Source of the DNA: Promethearchaeota archaeon
GTDB taxonomy: Archaea; Asgardarchaeota; Lokiarchaeia; Sigyniarchaeales; SOKP01
Direction: 5' to 3'
Length of the DNA stretch: 64,000 nt
Assembly: GCA_016839585.1 (NCBI GenBank)
Contig: JAEOTZ010000015.1
Location: forward strand, 1,000 to 64,999
Notes under the pieces: model-generated
Database searches by the model: none
The model's input: only the letters and a program-made list of their open reading frames with translations
What the model was told of the DNA's origin: nothing
Position numbers and translations under genes: made by a program
Shown: piece by piece, positions 1-9,983 of the stretch
How the letters are laid out: each line of letters starts with the position of its first letter
Numbering within the stretch: position 1 is the first letter of the stretch

Positions 1-2303
1 TTTGGGAATCTCCAGAAAAGGCAGCTTCAGTTTTAGCAATTCATTTAATTAGGGGATATAGCTCTTTGGTTTATTTAAATACTTTATTAGAAGGTGGAAA
101 GTATAAAAAGGCTCTGGAAAAGATAAATAATGTAGTTATGGATATAGAAAAGTACACTGCAACACCAATCGTATTACTTAATAATGGTTCAGATCATCGA
201 GAGGCATACCCAGAAATTCCTGAAATAGTTAAACAATGGAATGAGTTAAATCCTGATGTATTGTTAGAGCAAAATGACTTTGAGTATTACATTGATAAAG
301 TTCTTTCTGTAAAGCCAAAATTAAGATCCTTTCAAGGTGAACTCAGAGGTAGTAAATACTCACCTATTCTATCTGGAGTATTGTCTGCTAGAATGTGGAT
401 AAAACAAAGAAATACAAAAATAGAATATTTATTTGAAAAATATGCTGAGCCAATTTCAGCCATCACAATGGTTCTTGATAAATATCAAAAATTTGCTTAC
501 CCAGACTCCTATATTCGCAGCGGGTTAAAATGGTTAATTAAAAATCATCCTCATGATTCGATCTGTGGATGTAGTATTGATCAAGTTCACAATGAAATGG
601 AAACAAGATTTGATTGGGCTGAGCAAATAGGAATTGAAGTATTTAATCTCTCATTTATGCGTCTTTCTAATTTAATTAATTTTAAACCTCAAGAAAATAA
701 TAGAATTGTTTTAATAATCTTTAATCCCTTACCATGGAAACGTAAAGATATTGTAATTTTCAATGGAATTTCAAAAGTAAGCAATCTACAAAAAAAGTTT
801 CCAAAAGATTTTAAGTTAATAGATTCAGATCACAATGAAATTGAATATCAAGGTTATTTTCTGCCAGGAGAACCTAGATTTTCTAGAGAAAATGATATAA
901 ATTATCAATTCTCATTTTTAGCGGATGTTCCTGCATGTGGTTATAAAGTGTATTATGTAATTCTCGAAGAAGCAGCTAAAAAAATTAGTATTAATGAAAC
1001 TGATTTTATTCTGGGTGAAAATTCAATTGAGAATGAATTTTATAAGGTTGAGGTAAAAAATACTGGACAAATCAATATCCTTGATAAAAATAGAATGATA
1101 CAGTTTGAAAATGTATGTAAATTTGAGGATGTAGCTGACTGGGGAGATGAATATGACTACTCAGGACCGACACGTAAACAAGTAGATAAAAAATATACAA
1201 CCAAGAATGCTGAAATTGTAGAATTTATGCCTTTCCTAAATGGTTCTTCTCAAAAATCAATAAAAATCAAAATGATCCTGAAATTACCAGTGTCATTATC
1301 ACCAGATCGTTCGCAAAGAGAAAATAATCTTATTGAAAATGTCATTAATCTGTATATTTCATTATATAAAGGGATTAATCGCATAGATTTTAAAATAGAT
1401 TTGGAAAATAAGAGTAAAGATCACCGGATTAGAGTACTGTTCCCCTCAAACATTATATCAGATACAGTATTGTGTGATGGTCATTTTTTTATTGTCCCTA
1501 GAGATGTTATTTTACCAAATGGTAAGCATTGGGCACAAAAACCTTCAAGAACAAACCATCAAAAGGATTTTATAGCATTAAATGATGAATCAAAATGTTT
1601 TGCTATTCTAAATCGAGGATTACCAGAATATGAAGCAATAAAGAACCATGATGGTGCAATTACGATAGCCTTAACTCTTTTACGTAGTATTGGTTGGCTT
1701 TCAAGACCTAATTTAGATTCAAGAAGAAATGATGCTGGTCCAAGTCTTAAAACTCCTGATGCCCAATGTATTGGGAACTATACTTTTGAACTATCATTAG
1801 TTATAGAAGATTACCAGAAATATTGGCTTGATTCAAAAGTCCATATTAAGGGAAAGGAATTTAATTGTCCTTTAAAACCTATATTTCCGTTAATGTTAAC
1901 ATCAACTTTAAAGAGAACAGATTTACTAATGTTATCGCGAATGGGTTTATTATCTGATTCAAAAAAATTTCCAGATAAAAACATAGCCCCTTACTTATCG
2001 AGTGAATTAAGCTTTCTTGAAATAGATAATGATAATATCATTCTAAGCGCTTTAAAAAAATCAGAAAAAGGAGATTATTTAATTCTTCGAGTTTATAATA
2101 TCTCTCCTTCCTTACAAAAGGCGAGATTGAATTTTTTTAAGGACATTTCGATAAAGAATGCTGAAATTGTAAATTTCTTAGAAGAAAAACCAAAAAACGA
2201 GATCAAGGCAAAAATTGATAGATTTTACCAAAATGAACTTACAATTACAATGGAACCACATGTTATTGCTACAATTAAGTTTGAGTTTAATTCCTTAGAG
2301 TGA
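1..2303 (+). CDS. GH38-family alpha-mannosidase, 5' end outside window
   Basis: The frame is open from nt 3 with no stop before the tracked TTG at 66, so the window edge cuts the gene. The signature NHPHDSICGCSIDQVHNEMETRF and the long beta-rich C-terminal region (HRIRVLFP, GLPEYEA) match glycoside hydrolase family 38 mannosidases. Confidence 0.8.
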   Translation, partial: WESPEKAASVLAIHLIRGYSSLVYLNTLLEGGKYKKALEKINNVVMDIEKYTATPIVLLNNGSDHREAYPEIPEIVKQWNELNPDVLLEQNDFEYYIDKVLSVKPKLRSFQGELRGSKYSPILSGVLSARMWIKQRNTKIEYLFEKYAEPISAITMVLDKYQKFAYPDSYIRSGLKWLIKNHPHDSICGCSIDQVHNEMETRFDWAEQIGIEVFNLSFMRLSNLINFKPQENNRIVLIIFNPLPWKRKDIVIFNGISKVSNLQKKFPKDFKLIDSDHNEIEYQGYFLPGEPRFSRENDINYQFSFLADVPACGYKVYYVILEEAAKKISINETDFILGENSIENEFYKVEVKNTGQINILDKNRMIQFENVCKFEDVADWGDEYDYSGPTRKQVDKKYTTKNAEIVEFMPFLNGSSQKSIKIKMILKLPVSLSPDRSQRENNLIENVINLYISLYKGINRIDFKIDLENKSKDHRIRVLFPSNIISDTVLCDGHFFIVPRDVILPNGKHWAQKPSRTNHQKDFIALNDESKCFAILNRGLPEYEAIKNHDGAITIALTLLRSIGWLSRPNLDSRRNDAGPSLKTPDAQCIGNYTFELSLVIEDYQKYWLDSKVHIKGKEFNCPLKPIFPLMLTSTLKRTDLLMLSRMGLLSDSKKFPDKNIAPYLSSELSFLEIDNDNIILSALKKSEKGDYLILRVYNISPSLQKARLNFFKDISIKNAEIVNFLEEKPKNEIKAKIDRFYQNELTITMEPHVIATIKFEFNSLE

Positions 2304-2411
2304 TTACAAAATATATTGATAATTATATGAGAATTATTTTCTAATAGTTAAGAATATTGAACATCTGAATTTACTTTTATTTTAAAAAAAATTTAAATAT
2401 TATACAATTAA

Positions 2412-3494
2412 GTGAAGTGCTTTTTAATGAAATTTACTGAATATGCTAAGAATTATATCCCTAAGATTAACGATGCAATTAAGTTAATTTATGATAAGAA
2501 ATTAAATAGTATGGAAAATTCTTTTCTAAAAGATTATTATTCTGAATTGAAGGACTACTTTTTATCAGGAGGTAAAAGAATTCGTCCTTTATTATGCATA
2601 GCTACGTTTAACGCTTTTACAACTAATGTTGATAATAAGATTATATTTCCAAGTGTTGGAACAGAATTTCTTCATAATGCATCGTTAATTCATGATGATA
2701 TTATTGATAAAGATGATTTTCGAAGAGGAAAACCAGCTTTTCATTTCAGATTTCGAAAATATCATCAAAAATACAATTTAAAAAAGATGAATGCGCTAGA
2801 TTTTGGTAATTCTATTGGGATAATTGGGGGTGATTCTGCCTTTTTCTTGGGGCTGGAAGCTTATTTATTCAACGAATTTGAGCGAGATATAAACTTAAAA
2901 GCGATCCAATATTATGAGCAAGCATTTATAGAAGTAGCTAATGGAGTGTTGATTGAAACAGATATGGTAAACAAGAAAAATCTTACAATCTCAGATTATA
3001 TAAATATGATTTCACTTAAGACGGGAGCGTTAATTGAAAAATCAATATTGATAGGCGCTAATTACGCAAGAATAGATGATGAATACCTTTCATATCTTTC
3101 TACCTATGGTATTAATCTAGGAATTATCTTCCAAATAATTGATGATATATTAGGAACTTTTGGAGATGAAAAAGTCACTGGAAAACCAACAGATGGAGAT
3201 ATTAGGGAAGGAAAGAAGACATGCTTATTAATAGAAGCCCTTAATAAATTAGGAGATGATAAAAAGAAGATACTTGAAGATATTATTGAAAAATCAGAAA
3301 TGGAAGATGAAGATGTTCAGGAAGTAAAAAACTTATTTCTTGAAGCAAATGTAGTTGATTCATCTAAAAATTTGGCGATTTCCTATTTCAATGAAGCTAA
3401 AAGCGCATTAAATAAATTAACTCCGATAATCAACAAATCCGAATCAGAGTTTTTTGAAGATCTATTGAACTTTGTAATAAATAGGAGTTTTTGA
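2412..3494 (+). CDS. idsA: Short-chain trans-prenyl diphosphate synthase (geranylgeranyl diphosphate synthase type)
   Basis: GGKRIRP, first Asp-rich motif LIHDDIIDKDDFRRGKP, second Asp-rich motif FQIIDDILGTFGD, and GKPTDGDIREGKKT. The start may be GTG 2412 or ATG 2427. Product chain length cannot be decided by eye. Confidence 0.85.
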   Translation: MKCFLMKFTEYAKNYIPKINDAIKLIYDKKLNSMENSFLKDYYSELKDYFLSGGKRIRPLLCIATFNAFTTNVDNKIIFPSVGTEFLHNASLIHDDIIDKDDFRRGKPAFHFRFRKYHQKYNLKKMNALDFGNSIGIIGGDSAFFLGLEAYLFNEFERDINLKAIQYYEQAFIEVANGVLIETDMVNKKNLTISDYINMISLKTGALIEKSILIGANYARIDDEYLSYLSTYGINLGIIFQIIDDILGTFGDEKVTGKPTDGDIREGKKTCLLIEALNKLGDDKKKILEDIIEKSEMEDEDVQEVKNLFLEANVVDSSKNLAISYFNEAKSALNKLTPIINKSESEFFEDLLNFVINRSF

Positions 3495-3586
3495 AAAACA
3501 AATTAATTAAAAAAATTAATATAGGAAAAATATAAGAATTTGAAAAATAAAACAAAAAATATAAGAAAAAAAAGTGATATAGTTAA

Positions 3587-4135
3587 GTGTTAATTGCAAT
3601 TACTGGTGCTTCTGGCGTCCAAATAGCCATTAAATTACTAGAAAATCTAAATAAGAAGAAGGTGATGACTGAACTGATAATTTCAAAAATCGCTGAGGAA
3701 ATAATCAATATTGAAACGGATATTAGTATCTCCGATATTCGAAAATTAGCTGATAAAAACTATAATGTTGAAGATTTAACAGCTCCTCCTGCGAGTGGTT
3801 CGTATAAGATAGATACAATGGTTATTGTTCCATGTTCGATGAAAACATTGGCGGCTATTGCTAACGGATACGCAGATAACCTGATAACTAGAGCTGCTGA
3901 TGTGATGATAAAAGAAAAAAGAAAACTTATCCTTGTAGTGAGGGAAAGTCCTCTAAGTGCAATTCATCTTGAGAATATGCTTAAATTAGCAAAACTTGGA
4001 GTTGTAATAGCACCACCAGTTCCTTCCTATTACATCAAACCTAAAAGTGTGGATGATTTAATTGAATATACTGTTGGAAGGTTATTAGATCAGATGGGTA
4101 TAGAAAGTGATATAAAACGATGGGGAAATGAGTAA
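3587..4135 (+). CDS. ubiX: Flavin prenyltransferase UbiX (prenylated-FMN synthase)
   Basis: IAITGASG N-terminus, VIVPCSMKTLAAIANGYADNLITRAADV and LILVVRESPLS. At 182 aa it has typical UbiX size. It presumably supplies prFMN to the UbiD-type decarboxylase at 9984-11294. Confidence 0.9.
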   Translation: MLIAITGASGVQIAIKLLENLNKKKVMTELIISKIAEEIINIETDISISDIRKLADKNYNVEDLTAPPASGSYKIDTMVIVPCSMKTLAAIANGYADNLITRAADVMIKEKRKLILVVRESPLSAIHLENMLKLAKLGVVIAPPVPSYYIKPKSVDDLIEYTVGRLLDQMGIESDIKRWGNE

Positions 4136-4349
4136 GTTGTATATACCAATTCAAGAAGATATTGCACTCCAAATCTGTGAAGAAATTAGAGAAAAAAACA
4201 AGAAAAAAAAATTTAGCTTCGCAAAAGGGCAATGTTGGGGATGTATGAAATATTCTAATAAAAAAGGTGATATCAAACATCGATGTATATTTGTAAAAGA
4301 GGACAATAGAGGTTGCCATTTAGTTAATAAAGTTTTTGATACTAAATAG
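4128..4349 (+). CDS. Small Cys/His-rich protein, unknown function
   Basis: The ATG overlaps the ubiX stop (ATGAGTAA), which suggests translational coupling. A Lys-rich stretch is followed by CWGC, HRC and GCH, which are possible metal ligands. No family recognised; it could be spurious. Confidence 0.35.
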   Translation: MSKLYIPIQEDIALQICEEIREKNKKKKFSFAKGQCWGCMKYSNKKGDIKHRCIFVKEDNRGCHLVNKVFDTK

Positions 4350-4371
4350 TAAAAAGGATAATTCTATAAAC

Positions 4372-6264
4372 CTATTGATTTATCCACTGAGAAAGTTTTC
4401 CAGTAATTACTCTTTTATTTTTGTTCCCCTTTAAAGCATTAATGTCTTTTAGGTTTAAGAGCCAGAGACAAGATTTTAACTCATTTTTGAGAGTCTTTAT
4501 TTCTTTTATAGTATTAGAAATGGATCCTTGTTGTTGATCAATCAATGAAGATTTTAAAAATTTAAATGCAAATCCTCCGATATCAGCACCCAATACAATA
4601 CTTTTTGCAATATCTACTCCAGTTCTTAACCCTCCTGTAGCAATTATTAGTTTTTTAGATACATTTCTAACATTTAGCACACTAACAGGTGTAGGGATAC
4701 CCCATTCTCTAAAAACATCTGATAATTTACGATTAAATATATTACTGCCATTTTTATTACGATAGGATTCAATGGCTGCAAAACTAGTACCTCCTGCACC
4801 TCCAACATCAAATCCATCAAAACCAAGGTCATCTAGTGATTTAGCAAGTTCCTTGTTGAATCCTGATCCCACTTCTTTTGCTACTATTGGAACATTAGTA
4901 GATTCACGAATTTTTTTAAAATTTTCTTTAAATAGTCTAAAAGATATATCTCCTTTATCCTGAACCAATTCATGTAAAGCATTAAAATGAATTGCCATAG
5001 CATCAGCATTTATCATATCAATACATCCTGTGAAATCCTCTAGTTTAAAATCTGAACTTCCAACTTGCCCAATGCCAATATTTCCAATAATAGGGATATT
5101 AGGAGCTACTTTTCTTACAATTTGAAATGATTCTTGATTCTCAGGATTAATTAGTCCAGCACGTTGACTTCCAACACTCATGATTATATTTTCTTTTTCA
5201 GCTGAGGTTGCGAGGATCTCATTCAAATCTTTTGATAAGGGATGTCCTCCTGTTATTGCAGCAATACAAATCGGAGCAGATACAAATTTATTAAAAAAGT
5301 TCACAGATAGGTCAATTTCATTAAGATCAACTTCAGGTAAGGAATGATGAATTAACTCTATATATCTAAAATAATTTTTGAAATGTTGAACATTATATTT
5401 GATGGGTATTTTGAGATGTTCTATCTTTCTATTACTAATAATTTGATTTTCATCATGTTTTGATGGTTTAATTTCTGTGCATTTAATTTTCTGGCCTTTT
5501 AAGGCTTTATATATATTTTGATTTTCTAATCCATTAATAATTTGAACAGGAATATTATCTTTGCATATTTCTTTTATAGTGTTTATTTTTCCTCTAATAC
5601 CTCCAGTAACATCAATTTTTTGTCCCAGAGCTGCTAATTCTAAACTTTCTAATTCGTTGGAATTGCATTCTGTAACCAATTTACTTTTTTCATTATTATC
5701 TTGAATATATAACCCATCAGTTTCCATCGTAAATATGACTTTTGAAACGCTGTACTTATTTAAATTTTCACATAATTCAAAAATTATCCTATCTCCAGAA
5801 ATTATTGAAAACGAGCCTGGCTTCTCAAGAATAATATCACCATATAGAATAGGTAATATATTAAGATCCAAGGCAGTTTCAATAATATCAATAGAATATG
5901 TTGAGATAATTTGAGAATCTTTGATAAAAATACTGGAAGTTTGAACAGATAAGGCAGGATATTTATGTTCTAAAAATAAATTAATTATATAAGAATTAAA
6001 TTTATTCATTGATTGGTGAGTTTCTGAAAGTCCAAGAATTTGATTTGAGATAGATGAATCAATTCCTGTAGAAATATTATATTTTTTAGCAAGTGGATGA
6101 CCAAATGATCCTCCTCCATGAATCAATATTATTTTTTTATTAGCATCAATTATTTGCTGAACTACGCTTCTTACAACATTTTCTCTAATAGAAAAAGGTT
6201 TATTTTTATCAGTTAATATACTTCCACCTAATTTTAAGAGAATTATTTCATTACTATTTTTCAA
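4372..6264 (-). CDS. Fusion: isopentenyl phosphate kinase (N-terminal) + type 2 FMN-dependent isopentenyl-diphosphate isomerase (C-terminal)
   Basis: The N-terminal ~260 aa form an amino-acid-kinase fold with ILLKLGGSILTDK and IHGGGSFGH (IPK hallmarks). The C-terminal ~350 aa carry ITGG, SVGSQR, AIHFNALHELVQ, VAKEVGSGF, GGAGGTSFAAIE and ATGGLRTGVDIAKSIVLGAD (IDI-2 hallmarks). It is one uninterrupted 630-codon frame. Confidence 0.85.
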   Translation of the reverse strand: MKNSNEIILLKLGGSILTDKNKPFSIRENVVRSVVQQIIDANKKIILIHGGGSFGHPLAKKYNISTGIDSSISNQILGLSETHQSMNKFNSYIINLFLEHKYPALSVQTSSIFIKDSQIISTYSIDIIETALDLNILPILYGDIILEKPGSFSIISGDRIIFELCENLNKYSVSKVIFTMETDGLYIQDNNEKSKLVTECNSNELESLELAALGQKIDVTGGIRGKINTIKEICKDNIPVQIINGLENQNIYKALKGQKIKCTEIKPSKHDENQIISNRKIEHLKIPIKYNVQHFKNYFRYIELIHHSLPEVDLNEIDLSVNFFNKFVSAPICIAAITGGHPLSKDLNEILATSAEKENIIMSVGSQRAGLINPENQESFQIVRKVAPNIPIIGNIGIGQVGSSDFKLEDFTGCIDMINADAMAIHFNALHELVQDKGDISFRLFKENFKKIRESTNVPIVAKEVGSGFNKELAKSLDDLGFDGFDVGGAGGTSFAAIESYRNKNGSNIFNRKLSDVFREWGIPTPVSVLNVRNVSKKLIIATGGLRTGVDIAKSIVLGADIGGFAFKFLKSSLIDQQQGSISNTIKEIKTLKNELKSCLWLLNLKDINALKGNKNKRVITGKLSQWINQ

Positions 6265-6277
6265 TTTTCTATCCCTC

Positions 6278-7225
6278 TCATCCGATCATTGTTCTCCAGG
6301 CATCAAATCCTTCTTTTTCAATAGCCTTTGCTATTTTTTCTTGAATTTCTTCATTTTCAGCTAAAGCAATAACTAAGCCACCTCGTCCAGTTCCAGTCAT
6401 TTTAGCTCCAATTGCCCCGTTTTTAAGAGCTATCTTAACTAATTTATCATTTAACTCCCCAGAAACCGTGATCTCTTGTAGTAATTTGTGATTTTGATCC
6501 ATTAAATTGCCAATAGCTACTATATCTCCGTCAAGCAACGATTTTTTTGCTTTCTCTGCTAAATTTTTATATTTACTAAATATTTTATCAAACTTTTTTG
6601 GATTTTCTTCTTTTAATCTTCGAACATCAGCAACAACTTCTGTTGTAGAAGCTGTTATTCCTGAATTTATTATTACTAAAGGCATTTTCTTTGGTGATTG
6701 TAGAAGTTTCATCGTATTTTCCCCCCCTCTCAAGTTTTTAACAAACCAAATTAGACCACCATAAGTAGAGGCTGTATTATCAATACCTGAAGGAGTACCA
6801 TGATAGGCTTTCTCTCCTTCATATGCTGCTTTATTTATCTCTTTTTCAGTTAATTTGAGATTAAATGTGTCACTTATAGCTCGAGAAAGTGATGTACATT
6901 GAGCAGCTGAAGCACCTACTCCGCTCGCGGCAATCAGATCCCCAGCAAATGTTATTTCAAGTTTTTGTTTCTCGATATCTACTCTCAAATACTCAATTAT
7001 ATTTGTAATTGATTTTACTGCCTCATTAAATTTTTTCTTTTTATATCCCGGTGTGGCTAATCTTTTATCATCAACTATAAAGCCTTTGCCCTCAACTACT
7101 TTAACTTCTGCAATCGTAGAAGATCCTAACGCTGATGCAATTGCTGGAAGACCATACACAACAAAATGTTTGCGTTTATTTCTGAAATAAGAAATAAATT
7201 TCGCCAAAAAGTATGGTCTTTCCAT
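6278..7225 (-). CDS. mvk: Mevalonate kinase (GHMP kinase)
   Basis: HFVVYGLPAIASAL, the GHMP motif ASGVGASAA, HGTPSGIDNTASTYGG (catalytic Asp region) and KMTGTGRGG. The N-terminal PGK..GEH motif looks divergent (AKFISYFRNKRKH). Confidence 0.8.
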   Translation of the reverse strand: MERPYFLAKFISYFRNKRKHFVVYGLPAIASALGSSTIAEVKVVEGKGFIVDDKRLATPGYKKKKFNEAVKSITNIIEYLRVDIEKQKLEITFAGDLIAASGVGASAAQCTSLSRAISDTFNLKLTEKEINKAAYEGEKAYHGTPSGIDNTASTYGGLIWFVKNLRGGENTMKLLQSPKKMPLVIINSGITASTTEVVADVRRLKEENPKKFDKIFSKYKNLAEKAKKSLLDGDIVAIGNLMDQNHKLLQEITVSGELNDKLVKIALKNGAIGAKMTGTGRGGLVIALAENEEIQEKIAKAIEKEGFDAWRTMIG

Positions 7226-7357
7226 ATCCTTTTCCAGTTCCCAAATTTTTCACCAATTATACTCGTATAATATGATAAAGTTTGAAAATATACAAATTTT
7301 TATTAATATCTCAATCTTTGACTTAGTTAAATAATTTTTAACTTTATTTAAGTTGTA

Positions 7358-8377
7358 TTAAAATAAATGTTCATTAGTTGTATAAGAATCGTTAGCAGGC
7401 CTTACAAGAATGGTTTTTTCGATACCTTCAATATTTTCCAAGATATTTTGAACATATTCAATGATTTCTGGTCGGCATAAACAGTGTACATTTGGTCCTG
7501 CATCGATGGTAAAGAAGCAATCTAAATTTTCAGATTTTCGTAAATATAATACTTTCTTTATTACTTTTAAAGTAATTGGACTCCAATAAAATAATGCTGG
7601 TTCGGATGTCATCATTACTGAATGCATAAACATACAATTTTTTTCAGCAATCATTCCGACCTTCTTAAAATCATCATTTAGAATAGCAGCTTTGATTTCA
7701 ACAGCTTGTTCATGGGATTTTTTAATTCTTATTGGATTAAAAATACTAGTTTTTGCCAATTCGTGACCTAAATCAGAGGTAACATCCTTTTTTCCTTCAT
7801 CTATTATGGCAATAATAGCATTTATGTCGAAATCATATGAACCGCATATCTTTTCTGCATAAGAGGTTTCATGGGAGATGCCCTGATACCAATATACAAA
7901 TCCACCATGAATTGAACGTGCTGCAGAACCAGAACCTAATCTCGCATATGTGGACAATTCCTCTTGTGTTAAATCCAAACTTAATGCTTTTGCTGCGGCA
8001 ATAGTAAGTGCAGCAAAACCAGCAGCGGAAGAAGCTAAGCCTGCTTGGGTAGGAAAATCATTAAAACTCATCATTTTGAATTTATAATCAATCTTTTTTA
8101 AGTTTCTTAATGGATTAATAATTTTTAGAATTCTTTCCATATCTCTTCCTTTTAAGGGATTATTATTTAATATTGCCTCGTTTTCCTTAAAATCTTCTGA
8201 AAATTCTATTGTTGTATGAGTTTGTAAGTGAATACTTTCCGAAAATCCATATTTCGTCATGCTTACACTATCATTTAAAGGTATATTTAACTTTGGGGAC
8301 ACTTTATCCCAATTACCCCAATATTTTATCAGTGCTATATTTGAATGAGCAATTGCAGAAGATTTCATAAACACCAA
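7358..8377 (-). CDS. Diphosphomevalonate decarboxylase-family enzyme; substrate (mevalonate 5-phosphate, 5-diphosphate or 3,5-bisphosphate) not decidable by eye
   Basis: NIALIKYWGN, GLASSAAGFAAL, RLGSGSAARSIHGGFV and FFTIDAGPNVH, with the catalytic Asp position retained. These are MDD/PMD family hallmarks. Confidence 0.8.
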   Translation of the reverse strand: MVFMKSSAIAHSNIALIKYWGNWDKVSPKLNIPLNDSVSMTKYGFSESIHLQTHTTIEFSEDFKENEAILNNNPLKGRDMERILKIINPLRNLKKIDYKFKMMSFNDFPTQAGLASSAAGFAALTIAAAKALSLDLTQEELSTYARLGSGSAARSIHGGFVYWYQGISHETSYAEKICGSYDFDINAIIAIIDEGKKDVTSDLGHELAKTSIFNPIRIKKSHEQAVEIKAAILNDDFKKVGMIAEKNCMFMHSVMMTSEPALFYWSPITLKVIKKVLYLRKSENLDCFFTIDAGPNVHCLCRPEIIEYVQNILENIEGIEKTILVRPANDSYTTNEHLF

Positions 8378-8382
8378 AAAAA

Positions 8383-8775
8383 CTAATCTATTATTTCGAT
8401 AGTTCCTTCTGAACCATTAACAATGAGTCTTTGCCCCGTTTTTATGTTAGTAGTATCAATTTTATCCACACAAGGAATTTCACTGATTATACACCCTACT
8501 GCAACAATTGTATCAATTTGCTTATTAACAATTGCTGCTGGAGCCATGTTATTTTTCTTCATTCTATACATTGTGTATGATCCAACTGTTGAACCTTTAC
8601 CAGTTGGAAATACTAGAACTTTTCCAGTTATAGATTCACCTTCAAGTTCATGTCCAACCTCAACAACTTTGCCAGTATCAGGATCAACACCCCCATAAAA
8701 CGAAATAGCATCTTTGGTTACAATAGCTTCTGCTTCAGCAGTTCCTTTATATATTTTTCTCCCTTCTAACTTCAT
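8383..8775 (-). CDS. Phosphomevalonate dehydratase small subunit (aconitase X swivel domain)
   Basis: 130 aa with GTAEAEAIVTKDAISFYGGVDPDTGKV and VLVFPTGKGSTVGSY. Its start overlaps the stop of the large-subunit gene by 4 nt. Confidence 0.8.
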   Translation of the reverse strand: MKLEGRKIYKGTAEAEAIVTKDAISFYGGVDPDTGKVVEVGHELEGESITGKVLVFPTGKGSTVGSYTMYRMKKNNMAPAAIVNKQIDTIVAVGCIISEIPCVDKIDTTNIKTGQRLIVNGSEGTIEIID

Positions 8776-9980
8776 TTTATCGCCTCTTCAACACATGCTT
8801 CAATTGATCCAATTTTTACTTTAAATTTATTCTTTGCACGTCCATAATAACATGCCTTTGCAGAATCCACCATTATTCCCTTGAAGCGTTCCTTAATTGG
8901 GGCTACAACACAGCAAGTATCTGCTGCAAACTTTGCTCCAGCATCTTCAATAATTTTAGAATAACCAACTTCATCTGCAATTTTTTTTGTAGGTCGAGCA
9001 GTTGTTATCCAAAATTCTTTTTTTACTGTTTTTCCTCTTAATAAATTCGCTATTTTCGCAATTTCGTGAATTGAAGCGTGAGGACAACCAATACTTACAA
9101 AATCTATTTCAATATCGTCATCAGTTAGTTCAGCACGAGTTTTATCTAAGTCATCTTGATTAATTTCAAACACAATATTGCTAGGTTTAGGGTATTTATT
9201 GTACTCTGGAGTTATTTCTTCCATATGGAATAATGCTGTTCCACCATAAGTAGCAACGGAAGCACAAAATGACTTAAGTTCTTCAACAGTAGCGGAAGGA
9301 ATTCCCGTGATATAAGGTATTTTTTTTCCTAATTTGACCAATTTATCGCCAATTATTTTTCCCAATACGCCAAATTCGTCAGTACCTTTAACTGGTGCAT
9401 TTATCTTAAAGAGAACTTGAGCATGACGATTTTCATCCAAATGATAACCGTATTTAGGAGTTTTTCCAATTAGAGCCGCTGCTAATGCGCTTGGTCCCCC
9501 CTCACGATTCGTTCGAGCTCCAATAACTGAGTTAGAATAGCAAACAGCACTGCTTTCAGCCCAAGCAATATGTTGTCCATAATGAGGTGCATTTCCAATT
9601 AAATATGGTGTACAAGAACACGTTGTAATTATACCCATTTTAGCAAAGGCATCTATTGCACGATTCTGATTTTTAGCAAACTCTCTATCAATTCCTAATG
9701 CTTGCCAATTTTCGCGATCCATTCCAGCGGGATTTAAAGTAGTTAATACTCTAACCCTTCCATCTTCTGACATTTCGCTTAGAAAATCCAGTCCCGCTTC
9801 ACCAAGATTATCGTAAGAAACTCCAGCTATCTGAACGCCATGAACATCAACCATGCATTCAGCATCAAATATTTCGCCTAATGTAGTTAAGATTTCCATA
9901 GATTTTTTGGTGGCTTTTCCATACCTGCCATCCAGCATATCTTGCTCTTCTTGAGTTAATTTCATTTTCATCAACTTCAA
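8772..9980 (-). CDS. Phosphomevalonate dehydratase large subunit (aconitase X catalytic domain, DUF521-type)
   Basis: N-terminus LTQEEQDMLDGRYGKATKKSM, HGVQIAGVSY, and Cys-containing segments TTCSCTP and SIGCPHAS typical of AcnX Fe-S proteins. It is tightly packed between the UbiD-like gene and the small-subunit gene. Confidence 0.8.
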   Translation of the reverse strand: MKLMKMKLTQEEQDMLDGRYGKATKKSMEILTTLGEIFDAECMVDVHGVQIAGVSYDNLGEAGLDFLSEMSEDGRVRVLTTLNPAGMDRENWQALGIDREFAKNQNRAIDAFAKMGIITTCSCTPYLIGNAPHYGQHIAWAESSAVCYSNSVIGARTNREGGPSALAAALIGKTPKYGYHLDENRHAQVLFKINAPVKGTDEFGVLGKIIGDKLVKLGKKIPYITGIPSATVEELKSFCASVATYGGTALFHMEEITPEYNKYPKPSNIVFEINQDDLDKTRAELTDDDIEIDFVSIGCPHASIHEIAKIANLLRGKTVKKEFWITTARPTKKIADEVGYSKIIEDAGAKFAADTCCVVAPIKERFKGIMVDSAKACYYGRAKNKFKVKIGSIEACVEEAIK

Positions 9981-9983
9981 ACA

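Noticed and set aside
4041-4319. 92-aa minus-strand ORF overlapping the ubiX 3' end and the small Cys-rich ORF
   Set aside because: It is antisense to a well-supported gene, has a low-complexity Phe/Leu-rich translation and carries no recognisable motif. It is a shadow ORF typical of AT-rich DNA.
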